From Thermoplasmatota archaeon (GTDB lineage Archaea > Thermoplasmatota > E2 > JACPAO01 > JAHFTW01), in assembly GCA_035526765.1 (NCBI GenBank), contig DATLBS010000016.1, positions 8,681 through 72,680 of the forward strand: a stretch of DNA of 64,000 bases, given 5' to 3'. The translations under genes were made by a program, and so were the position numbers. Shown here piece after piece: positions 48,535-56,879 of the stretch. Numbering within the stretch: position 1 is the stretch's first letter; each line of letters starts with the position of its first letter. The notes beneath the pieces are model-generated. The model made no database searches. It was not told the origin of the DNA and worked only from the letters and a program-made list of their open reading frames with translations.

Positions 48535-49499
48535 GGCCGCTCCCGCGGGGTGCCAGGCTCCACCACGATGTGCCGACCCAGGAGGTCGCTGCGCTTGAGG
48601 CCCACGATGGGCGCGGACCCGACGACGAGGCGCCCAGCCCGCGGCGCCTCCCGGTAGAACACGTGGTTGCCCTTGGCGCCCAGCCACGTGCCGACGTGCA
48701 CGCCATGCGTGGGCGCGCGCCGGGGGATGCCGGGCAATGGCTGGCGCACGGGATGGTCCTCGATGCGGTGAAGGGCCCGCTCGACAGCGTAGCTGGACTC
48801 GAGGCGCAGCCGCAGCTCGTCCGCGCGGCGCTCCACGATGTCCCACGGCACGGGGCGCGCCAGCATGGGGAGGACCTCGCGGTGGCTGCGGTTCTCGGGG
48901 ACGCGGTACAGCAGCGAGACCGCGCGCTCCGTCTGGCGGGCCGTGGGGCGGTCGAGGCCGCGCTGGATGGTGAAGTACGCGTCGGCGCCCTGCTCGCGCA
49001 ACCGCCGCTCCACCCGCCAGGCCTGCGTCATGCCGACCTTGGGGAGCGTGCCGTAGAAGGCGGCGTAGACGAGGTGCTCGACCCCCTTGAACGAGGACAC
49101 GCAGGTGCACGCCGAGGGGTCCAGCTGGCAGCGCGGCTCGAAGACGCACTCCGGCGACTCCAGCCCGCAGCACGAGGCGCACTGGGCGTCCTGGGTCACC
49201 ATCCTGGCCTGGGGGCATGGCTTGTGGGTGCCCTGCTCGATCCTGCCGACGCAGGTGCGCATGCCCTCGATGCGCCACGCGAAGCTGCCCCGCAGCGGCA
49301 CCGCGGTGAGCCCTTCGGGCAAGGGACCCTCGGCGGGGTCGGGGGGCGCCGCCGTTTCAGCGACGGCCAGCAGGACGGCCGCAGGCTCTGCGCAGGGAAG
49401 GGGAGGGCCCGCGGCGAGGGACTGTCCGGCCCCGCCGTCCAGCGCGGCACGAGACGGGGGCGATGGGTGCTCGACCTGGCCGACGATGTGCAGGCGCAT
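48531..49499 (-). CDS. DUF2797-like Cys-rich protein
   Basis: R.C.G ... CP ... QC.SC ... C, then H.VY.A....KVG.T...V..RL.EQGA. Confidence 0.75.
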   Translation of the reverse strand: MRLHIVGQVEHPSPPSRAALDGGAGQSLAAGPPLPCAEPAAVLLAVAETAAPPDPAEGPLPEGLTAVPLRGSFAWRIEGMRTCVGRIEQGTHKPCPQARMVTQDAQCASCCGLESPECVFEPRCQLDPSACTCVSSFKGVEHLVYAAFYGTLPKVGMTQAWRVERRLREQGADAYFTIQRGLDRPTARQTERAVSLLYRVPENRSHREVLPMLARPVPWDIVERRADELRLRLESSYAVERALHRIEDHPVRQPLPGIPRRAPTHGVHVGTWLGAKGNHVFYREAPRAGRLVVGSAPIVGLKRSDLLGRHIVVEPGTPRERP

Positions 49500-49501
49500 C
49501 C

Positions 49502-50932
49502 TCACCGTTCCCAGGGCCGCCGCGCCAGCACCAGGTCGGCGACCACCGGCGCCCACTCGTCGGGGACGCTGGCAGGGTCGTCGAGCAGGCGGGAACCCGG
49601 CATGGCGTCCTGCACGTGGCGGCCCAGGGGCAGCCCGGGCAGGTGCGCGGCAAGCCAGGTCGGCGCCGTGCGGTGCCGCACCAGGAGCTCCACCGCGAGC
49701 CTCCCATCCGCGCCCTTGCGGACAGGGCCCGCCGCATCGGGGTGGGTGCTCCACTTGGCGCGGAACCGCTCCACGTTGGGCGCACCCGAATCGGGGGGGC
49801 CGGCATGGACCCGCGTCGGGGGCAGCTCGGCTCCGGAGGCCAGCCACTGCAGCAGGACCTGCTCCTCCCTTGCGTCGGCGGTGGCGGTGGCGCGCCGGAC
49901 CGGGAAGCCTGCAGCCTCCAGGGCCGACTCCACGGTGCGGGCGGCCTTCTGGAACTGCGGGAACACGATGTCGAGGCGGTCCGTCCGGGGGCGCAGCAGC
50001 AGTCCCATCCAGCCTTCGTTCCGTTGCGCAAGGGCGGCGTGGAGGGCGGTGGAGGGCTCGGCGCGCGCGGGGGACGGGTCGAAGAAGCGGGCGTGCGGCG
50101 CGGCGCGGTAGGCGCGGGCGGCATCGAGGGCCTGCGCCAGCGTCGGCTCCTGGACGGCGGCGGCGCAGTTGCGGGCGGGGTCCACGGGGTCGACGACGAC
50201 GAGGCAGGCGACGTCATCGCTGACCTCGTCCGCGCCAAGGGCGATGCGGCGCGGGCGGGCGTCGGCGGCCAGCCAGTCGACGAGGCCCGCGAAGGAGCCG
50301 AAGCGGGCGACGAGGACCTCGACGAGGTAGCCGGAGAAGCCGCCGAGCGCGGTCTGGGCGCCGTAGGCTCCGATGCCCTTCATCCATTTCTTGGCCAGGC
50401 GCACCTCCCCCTCCCGGCCCCCCAGGGCGGCGCGCACCCATGCGGTGTGGAAGGGCGTGCGGTCGACGGCGCTCATCCTGGCGGTGGCGCTTGCGACGCG
50501 GTAGGCGGGGACCAGGTCCACCTGCAGGCCCCGGAACGTGCCGATGAGGTAGGGGTGCTGGGCGTAGCGCTTGTGCGAGCCCGACAGGACACGGGGGCCG
50601 ATGGCGAGGGACACCTGCTCGAGGCGTTCCTGCGGCACGGCGGGGTCGAGGAGGAGGAAGCAGTCCAGGTCTGCTCCGCCGCGCAGCCAGGTGCCCTTCG
50701 CCACGGAGCCCTGCACGCTGGCCTGCCCGGGCACTCCCTCCCTCTGCAGTTCGGCGTCGAGGCGGGCAGCGAGATCGGCGGCCACGCCCTGCAGGGCCTG
50801 CTGCTCCGCCTGTGTGGGGGTGATTCGGTCGAGGACCTGCCGCTCCAGGACGCTCAGGGGCGGGGCCGGGGCGGGACCAGTGGAGCCAGTGGGGCCAGTG
50901 GGGCCGCGGTTCGGAGGGGCCGCCTTCATCAT
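49502..50932 (-). CDS. cca: CCA-adding enzyme (archaeal class I)
   Basis: GSVAKGTWL...DLD, YAQHPY, VDLVP, SAVDRTPFH, GGFSGYL.E, DPVDP.RN. Confidence 0.95.
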   Translation of the reverse strand: MMKAAPPNRGPTGPTGSTGPAPAPPLSVLERQVLDRITPTQAEQQALQGVAADLAARLDAELQREGVPGQASVQGSVAKGTWLRGGADLDCFLLLDPAVPQERLEQVSLAIGPRVLSGSHKRYAQHPYLIGTFRGLQVDLVPAYRVASATARMSAVDRTPFHTAWVRAALGGREGEVRLAKKWMKGIGAYGAQTALGGFSGYLVEVLVARFGSFAGLVDWLAADARPRRIALGADEVSDDVACLVVVDPVDPARNCAAAVQEPTLAQALDAARAYRAAPHARFFDPSPARAEPSTALHAALAQRNEGWMGLLLRPRTDRLDIVFPQFQKAARTVESALEAAGFPVRRATATADAREEQVLLQWLASGAELPPTRVHAGPPDSGAPNVERFRAKWSTHPDAAGPVRKGADGRLAVELLVRHRTAPTWLAAHLPGLPLGRHVQDAMPGSRLLDDPASVPDEWAPVVADLVLARRPWER

Positions 50933-51774
50933 GCCGCACCGCCGAGGGAGAGCTGCGCCTGCGCTGGCCCGGCGGGGCGGTCCGCCATGAGGTGCTCCGC
51001 GCCGGTGGCCTTCACCAGCACCTTGCGCATCAGTTCCTCGGCGGCGGCGCTGCCCAGCAGGGGGTCGTCGCCGGGCAGGGCGTACAGGGGGTCGCGCGGG
51101 GGCACGTCGATGCGGGGGCTTGCCCGTCGGCTGAAGAGGTCGCGGTAGCCGCGGCGGACCGCGTCGCCCACGACGACCTTGTCGAGCCCGGCGGGGACCT
51201 GCGCGAAGCCCGCGTGCTGCAGCTCGGCCTGGAAGACTGGGCGTCCCAGCAGGGTCTGCAGGACGGCCAGGGCCAGGCGGGCGCGCTCCGCCTCGGGACG
51301 CGGGGAGTCCTCGAGGGCACGGTGGACGCGCTGGTGGAGGCTCCAGTGGGCCTCGGGGTTGGCCAGCTTGTATTCCTTGCTGGGCGGGCGGTCGAGCTCG
51401 CGCAGGGTGCCGGCCTCCGCCATCGCCTGCAGGTAGCCAGCCACGGTGAGGCGGTGGATGGGGGCGCGGCGGCCATCGGAGAGGGCGCGCGCGATGCCGG
51501 AGATGGAGTCGTGGTCGTGCTCGCGCAGGTGCTCCACGATGCGGTCGCGCAGGGTGGCCTCGCGCGAGAGCCGGCGAGGGGGCGCGGCCGCGGGCTCGCC
51601 GCGCGCGGACGGCAGGCCCTGGGCGGCGCGGGGCCCTGGCGCTGGGTCGTCGCCGCCTTCTTGACGCGGTGCGGCGGTGACGGCCGGGGGGGACGTTGGG
51701 GAGGCTTGCGGCCCCGGCGTGGGAGACTCCTGGTCCTTCGCGCCCTCCCGCTCCCCCGGCACGCACCTGGTCAC
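50929..51774 (-). CDS. Conserved archaeal HTH-containing hypothetical protein
   Basis: SISGIARAL...IHRLTVAGYL.AM...G.L.E...PPSK.Y; overlaps the cca start. Confidence 0.65.
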   Translation of the reverse strand: MTRCVPGEREGAKDQESPTPGPQASPTSPPAVTAAPRQEGGDDPAPGPRAAQGLPSARGEPAAAPPRRLSREATLRDRIVEHLREHDHDSISGIARALSDGRRAPIHRLTVAGYLQAMAEAGTLRELDRPPSKEYKLANPEAHWSLHQRVHRALEDSPRPEAERARLALAVLQTLLGRPVFQAELQHAGFAQVPAGLDKVVVGDAVRRGYRDLFSRRASPRIDVPPRDPLYALPGDDPLLGSAAAEELMRKVLVKATGAEHLMADRPAGPAQAQLSLGGAA

Positions 51775-51804
51775 AAAGCTGATGACAATAAGGGTGCCGG
51801 GGCC

Positions 51805-52737
51805 TTAGGTGAAACGGCGAAGGGGGCCGGTGGGGCCGAAGAGGTAGCGGAAGGGGGAGCCCATGACGTGCTGGAAGCGTTTGAACGCGGTCGCGAACTC
51901 GCCGCGGAACTCGTCGGCCATCGTGGCGCCGAGGAGGCCGACGAGGAGGCCCCCCGGGATGTCGGTGATCCAGTGGATGCCGAGGTAGAGGATGCTGAAG
52001 GCGAACAGGGCCGTGTTGGCGATGAGGAACCAGAGGAAGCCGCGGTGCTCCCAGTCCCGCAGGGTGTAGCCGCGCCGCTTCATGGCCCACCAGGCCACGC
52101 ACACGAGCCCGAAGGGGATCGCGATGTGCAGGCTGGGGAAGGCGTTGTCGAGGGGGTCGTGGGCGAGGAAGAAGCTGTGCCAGCCTGGGCCGGCATTGTA
52201 GAGGAGGCTGCGGACGCCGGGCACGTAGCGGCTGGTCACCTGGACGTTGAAGAAGATGTAGAACGGCACCGCCAGGAGGTAGATGATGGAGTACGTGAGG
52301 GCCGCGAGGTCGGCCAGCTCCTTGTCGTCGCGGTACGCCCACAGCATGACCGCGAAGTAGGTCAGGAAGACGTAGACCCAAAGGTAGTGGACGTTCAGGA
52401 CGGCCGTGAGCGCGGGGGTCTCCAGCGCGTGCTGGATGTGGTAGACGGCGGGGCCCTCCATCTTCCAGATGAGCCAGGTCTTGTCCCCGAAGACGCCGCG
52501 CACCCGGTCGTTGAGGCTGTCCACCCAGCCCTTCTCGACGACGATGACGGCGAACAGCAGGAAGTTCCACGTGTAGTCCGTGGCCAGGCGCACCATGTTC
52601 GACCAGATGCTGCCCGCCCAGCGCCGCCGCTCGAACCACCAGATGGCCAGCGGCGTCGTGGCCAGCACCGACCAGATGGTCACCGTCCCGAGCGAGACCG
52701 CCACGGCCGCCGAGGCTTCCCTCCTGTAGATAAACAA
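51805..52737 (-). CDS. PAP2-superfamily membrane protein (Aur1/IPC-synthase-like)
   Basis: NAFPSLH and YLGIHWITD...G motifs; multiple TMs. Confidence 0.85.
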   Translation of the reverse strand: MFIYRREASAAVAVSLGTVTIWSVLATTPLAIWWFERRRWAGSIWSNMVRLATDYTWNFLLFAVIVVEKGWVDSLNDRVRGVFGDKTWLIWKMEGPAVYHIQHALETPALTAVLNVHYLWVYVFLTYFAVMLWAYRDDKELADLAALTYSIIYLLAVPFYIFFNVQVTSRYVPGVRSLLYNAGPGWHSFFLAHDPLDNAFPSLHIAIPFGLVCVAWWAMKRRGYTLRDWEHRGFLWFLIANTALFAFSILYLGIHWITDIPGGLLVGLLGATMADEFRGEFATAFKRFQHVMGSPFRYLFGPTGPLRRFT

Positions 52738-52834
52738 ACTCGTCTCCTGATAAGGGGCTTATAGCCCTCTTTTGAGGCGCTCATAGACCCTTAAATACTT
52801 CATTTTCTTGGCGAGAGTGCCCGGAAGGACCCTC

Positions 52835-53383
52835 ATGGCTGTCATCCACATCCAGAACGTCGTCGCCAGCACCTCCATCGGCGAGGAGCTCGACCTGAAC
52901 GCCATCAGCGCCACGTTCAGCAATGCCGAGTACGAGCCCGAGCAGTTCCCCGGCCTCGTCTTCCGCGTGCCCGAGCCGAAGACGGCAGCGCTCATCTTCC
53001 GCAGTGGCAAGGTCGTCTGCACCGGCGCCAAGTCCATCGAGGAGGTCCACACGGCCGTCGGCATCGTGTGCGACCAGCTGCGCGCCAACGGGTTCGAGAC
53101 CATCGACGACCCCGAGATCACGATCCAGAACATCGTCGCCACCAGCGACCTGGGCGCCGAGCTGAACCTCAACGCCATCGCGATCGGCCTCGGCCTGGAG
53201 AACGTCGAGTACGAGCCCGAGCAGTTCCCCGGCCTCGTCTACCGCCTCACCGACCCCAAGGTGGTCGTCCTCATCTTCGGCTCCGGCAAGCTTGTGTGCA
53301 CGGGCGCCCGCAAGAAGGAAGACGCCGAAGAGGCAGTGGACAAGATCACGGCCGAGCTCAGCTCCCTGGGCCTGCTGTTCTAG
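52835..53383 (+). CDS. tbp: TATA-box-binding protein
   Basis: Two repeats of NVVAS/NIVAT ... [12 protein letters not shown] ... LIF.SGK.VCTGA. Confidence 0.98.
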   Translation: MAVIHIQNVVASTSIGEELDLNAISATFSNAEYEPEQFPGLVFRVPEPKTAALIFRSGKVVCTGAKSIEEVHTAVGIVCDQLRANGFETIDDPEITIQNIVATSDLGAELNLNAIAIGLGLENVEYEPEQFPGLVYRLTDPKVVVLIFGSGKLVCTGARKKEDAEEAVDKITAELSSLGLLF

Positions 53384-53460
53384 ACACTCTCCTCGACGGG
53401 ACCGCAGGGTCCGCAGGCTCACCCGAGCGTGAAGCATTCCAACGGAGCATTCCTTCCCCC

Positions 53461-53740
53461 CACCCATCGGTCGCCGTGAAGACCCGATGGGTGCCATGGG
53501 TATGTGGGGGCGGCGGCGGGTTCCTGCATGCGATGGAAGGGGCGCGCGAAGCGCGCCCCGCCGAACCTGCGGAACGCACCCGACTTCACGGAAACCGAAC
53601 TCACGAAGGATTCCGCGGGCTTCCGTGGGTTCCGTGGCAAAATTGAGCGGCTTGTCCTGGTGCTGGACGCCCCCGCCGCCACCAGGTGTTGGACTGCCAA
53701 CGATCCAGAATGGAACGCGGAGCGTCCGACCCTCAAGAAC
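53461..53740 (+). repeat. Dispersed structured non-coding element, copy 4 (with nested REP-like palindrome)
   Basis: cacccatcgg...ccgatgggtg hairpin, ggggcgcgcgaagcgcgcccc hairpin; 3' part strongly similar to copy 2. Confidence 0.85.
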
Positions 53741-53893
53741 GCCGTGGAGCCCGGGAGTCCGACGCAGGACCAGAAGCAAGCCATCGACAGCCAATGAACG
53801 GTCCTCGGTGCCCTGGAGACCCTGAGGCCTTGCGATGCACGCTCCGGAACGGTTTCGCTCTCCTTATCCATCGGAGAGGAGTCGGCAGCCCCC

Positions 53894-54739
53894 ATGCGCC
53901 GCCTCCTTGCCCTCGGCCTCCTCCTCGTCTTCGCCCTCCCCGCGCAAGCGGCCTCTGCCCCCGTCGCCCCGGTCGTCCCCGTCCTCGCCGAGGTCCAGGC
54001 CGCCGACACCGACCTCAACCTGCCCATCCAAGGCTTCAACGCCTTCGTGGGGTACTACGATGCCAACGTCAACGGCCGCTTCGACGGCGTGGCTCCCGAC
54101 GAGCCCGCCTACCTGGACCTGGACGCCTCCCGCAGCGCCACGTACGCTGACCTGCGGCTGTCGCCCTTCGGAGGCCTGCCCGCGGGTGTCCCCGTCCAGG
54201 TCGGGGACATCGACGTGGGGCGCGCCCTGCTGACCCCCGTCAACGCGTGGTTCATGCGCGCCCCCGATGGCGCCTGGGTGCTGGACATGGACGGCAGCAT
54301 GACGCTCTCGGTCGCCGACATCACGTTCCCCTCTGGCGTCCCGACGAAGGTGGCCGCTGGCGCCGCGGGCCTCGGCACGAAGGTGGTGCGCGTGGAGGGG
54401 TCGCAGCCGGGCACCGTCTCCGCTGCCCGCCGGGACCATGGCCTCGCTGACCCTGTCTACATCGAGATGGATGCCTCCACCAGCGGCATTGGCCGAGTGA
54501 CCCTGGGCGACCTGCGCATCACGCCGCAGCCTTCCTTCACCGACCAGCGCCTTGCCGGCACCCCCGACCCTGTGGTGGACACCGCGGCGGGCGAGGCGCA
54601 GGGCTCCTCCGGCCCTTCCGCGTGGCGCGCCCTCGACTGGCTGGTGGTCGGCCTCGTCGTGCTGAACCTCGTGGGGCTCATCGCGATCACCCGCCGCCTG
54701 AACCAGCTCAAGCTGCCGCCCAAGAACCCCTTCAAGTGA
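53894..54739 (+). CDS. Secreted, C-terminally membrane-anchored protein with Asp-rich repeats
   Basis: Signal peptide; YLDLDASRSATYADLRL, LDMDGSMTLSVADI, IEMDAS...VTLGDLRI; C-terminal TM. Confidence 0.75.
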   Translation: MRRLLALGLLLVFALPAQAASAPVAPVVPVLAEVQAADTDLNLPIQGFNAFVGYYDANVNGRFDGVAPDEPAYLDLDASRSATYADLRLSPFGGLPAGVPVQVGDIDVGRALLTPVNAWFMRAPDGAWVLDMDGSMTLSVADITFPSGVPTKVAAGAAGLGTKVVRVEGSQPGTVSAARRDHGLADPVYIEMDASTSGIGRVTLGDLRITPQPSFTDQRLAGTPDPVVDTAAGEAQGSSGPSAWRALDWLVVGLVVLNLVGLIAITRRLNQLKLPPKNPFK

Positions 54740-54942
54740 ACGCTGCGGCCATCGGCCGGGCAAGACGGTCCGGCCACCGCGACCACGCCGCCTAGCCGGG
54801 GAGCGGCGCCAAGGAGCCGTCACGGGGCAGCCGGCGACGCTCGATCCAGCTCCACGCCGCCAGGAGGCGGGCCCGCAGCGATGGGAGAGCGCAGAGCCAG
54901 CGACGTCCAGGGGGGAAGGAGCAGGAGGGGGTCGGGCACGGC

Positions 54943-56685
54943 TCAGGCCTCGGTGAAGGCGGGGCTGGTCGCCGTGGCTCCCGTCGTGGACGTGGCGCGG
55001 AACACCAGGTGGGTCCCCGCGGGCACGGACATGCTCTTGGCGTAGGTCCCCCACGAGTCCTTCGGGAGCGCGGTCCAGGCGCCGCCGTCTAGGCGGACCT
55101 CGACCTTGGCGATGGCCTGGCCGGAGGAGACCGCGGTCTCGACCCACCAGTGGTTGGTGAGGGTCTTGGGCGTGAACGTCGCCGCGAACGTCGCCGGCGA
55201 TGGGGCCGTCGAGGTGGTGGACGTCGGCGTCGGGCTCGACGTGGCCGTGCCCGTGGACACGAGCCAGGCCATGGGCGGAGACATGGCGGTGCGGCCGTCC
55301 ACGTCCTTGGCGGTGGCGAGGACCGTGGAGCCCTTGGGGGCGCTGAAACTGGCCGCCCACGTGCCCCACGACGTCTTCGCAAGCGCGTGTGGCGACCCGC
55401 CGTTGACGGTGGCGGACACGCTGGCCACGGTGGCGCTGGCCGTCACCTTGAGGTCCACCCACCACGCGTTGGAGCCCGATGCGGGCGCGAACGTGGCCGT
55501 GAAGGCCGCGGCGGGGGCCGGGGCCGGGGCGGACCCGTACGCCAGGGCGCGGTCGGCGCGCACCAGGCCGGCGCCGGAAGCGGTGTCGCGGCCGGCAGGG
55601 CCGACGTCCTGCGCGGTCGCCTCGAGGGCCTGCCGCACCTGCACGTTCGTGTAGGTGGGGTGCGCGTTCCACACGAGGGCCGCGGCGCCGGAGACGTGCG
55701 GGGCGCTAAGCGAGGTGCCGCCGCCGTAGAGGTAGGCGTTGTTGGCGCCGTGCCCCGTCGTGTAGATGTTCGAGCCGGGTGCAGCGAGGTCGACCTGCAG
55801 GCCCTTGCTGGTCGTGCTGCAAGTGGCCAAGGCCTGGTCGATGCAGCCCACGGCGATGACGTTGCTGTAAGCGGCGGGGTACAGGACGCAGTCCGCGCAT
55901 CCGCCGTTGCCGGCCGCGGCCACCAGGAGAAGGCCCTTGCCCCACGCGTAGTCGACGGCGCTCTGCACGGCGGAGCTCGGGGTGGGGCCCCCCACCGACA
56001 TGGAGACGATGCGGGCGCCGTTGTCGGCGCACCAGCGGATGCCCATCGCGATGTCGGAGTCGTAGCCCTGGCCCTGCGAATCCAGGACCTTGACCTCCTT
56101 GAGGGGGGCGTTCGCGATGCCGGCGACCCCGAGGCCGTTGTTGATCGTCGCGACCGCGACGCCGGCGGTGCGGGTGCCATGGCCGCCGTCGTCCCAGGGG
56201 TCGCTGTCGAAGTTGACGAGGTCGGTGCCGCCCACGTAGCGGGCCTTCAGGTCCTCATGCGTGTAGCGGACACCGGTGTCCAGCATGCAGACCGTGGCCG
56301 CAGGGCCGCCAAGCGAGGTGCTCCAGGCGGCGGGCGCGCCGATGGCCTGGGGCGCGTACTGCTTGCCGAAGCCGGGGTCGGTCGGCGTGAGCCCGAGGGC
56401 GTGCGAGACCCCATCCGCCTCGATGGAGCGGACGCCGCTGCGCCCGTGTACGTGTTCCTTGAACGCCTTGCCGTGCGGGGCCTGCACGACGGCGAAGCCC
56501 AGGGCCTCGTCGATGGCGAGGACATCAGCGCCCTCGTAGTCGCCGTGCGGCTGGAGGCCGGGAGGCATCCGGTCGAAGTGGACGACGAGGCGCTGGGGCG
56601 GGTCGTCGGCTGCGGGGGCGGCGGCCGCGACGCCGGTGCCCAGGAGGGCGGCGACGAGGATGCAGGTGGTCAGGAGGATCTTCAT
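54943..56685 (-). CDS. Secreted S8 subtilisin-like (thermitase-type) protease with two C-terminal NxWWVE domains
   Basis: Signal + propeptide; LDTG, HGT, AAAGN, GTSLSAPHV triad motifs. Confidence 0.93.
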   Translation of the reverse strand: MKILLTTCILVAALLGTGVAAAAPAADDPPQRLVVHFDRMPPGLQPHGDYEGADVLAIDEALGFAVVQAPHGKAFKEHVHGRSGVRSIEADGVSHALGLTPTDPGFGKQYAPQAIGAPAAWSTSLGGPAATVCMLDTGVRYTHEDLKARYVGGTDLVNFDSDPWDDGGHGTRTAGVAVATINNGLGVAGIANAPLKEVKVLDSQGQGYDSDIAMGIRWCADNGARIVSMSVGGPTPSSAVQSAVDYAWGKGLLLVAAAGNGGCADCVLYPAAYSNVIAVGCIDQALATCSTTSKGLQVDLAAPGSNIYTTGHGANNAYLYGGGTSLSAPHVSGAAALVWNAHPTYTNVQVRQALEATAQDVGPAGRDTASGAGLVRADRALAYGSAPAPAPAAAFTATFAPASGSNAWWVDLKVTASATVASVSATVNGGSPHALAKTSWGTWAASFSAPKGSTVLATAKDVDGRTAMSPPMAWLVSTGTATSSPTPTSTTSTAPSPATFAATFTPKTLTNHWWVETAVSSGQAIAKVEVRLDGGAWTALPKDSWGTYAKSMSVPAGTHLVFRATSTTGATATSPAFTEA

Positions 56686-56759
56686 GAGGGTCACGTGGGC
56701 GGTCTTGGGCGGGCCGGAGGCGCTCCGGAGCGGGCGCGGGGGCGCCAAGGGGGTAGGCG

Positions 56760-56868
56760 AAGTCGGAGAGGAAGGGGAAGAGGGCGGAGAGGCGGAGAGG
56801 AGGGAGGATAGGCGAAAGGAGGGGGGCTGGAGGAAGAGGACGGAAGGAGATGGAGGAGGGGAGAAGAT
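56760..56868 (-). terminator. Long C/T-rich tract downstream of gene (candidate terminator)
   Basis: About 100 nt nearly purine-only on the + strand right after the 56880 stop; similar tracts follow other genes. Confidence 0.4.
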
Positions 56869-56879
56869 GTGCGGCGCGC

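Noticed and set aside
52847..53300. Internal direct repeat (gagtacgagcccgagcagttccccggcctcgtct)
   Set aside because: Normal two-fold repeat of TBP
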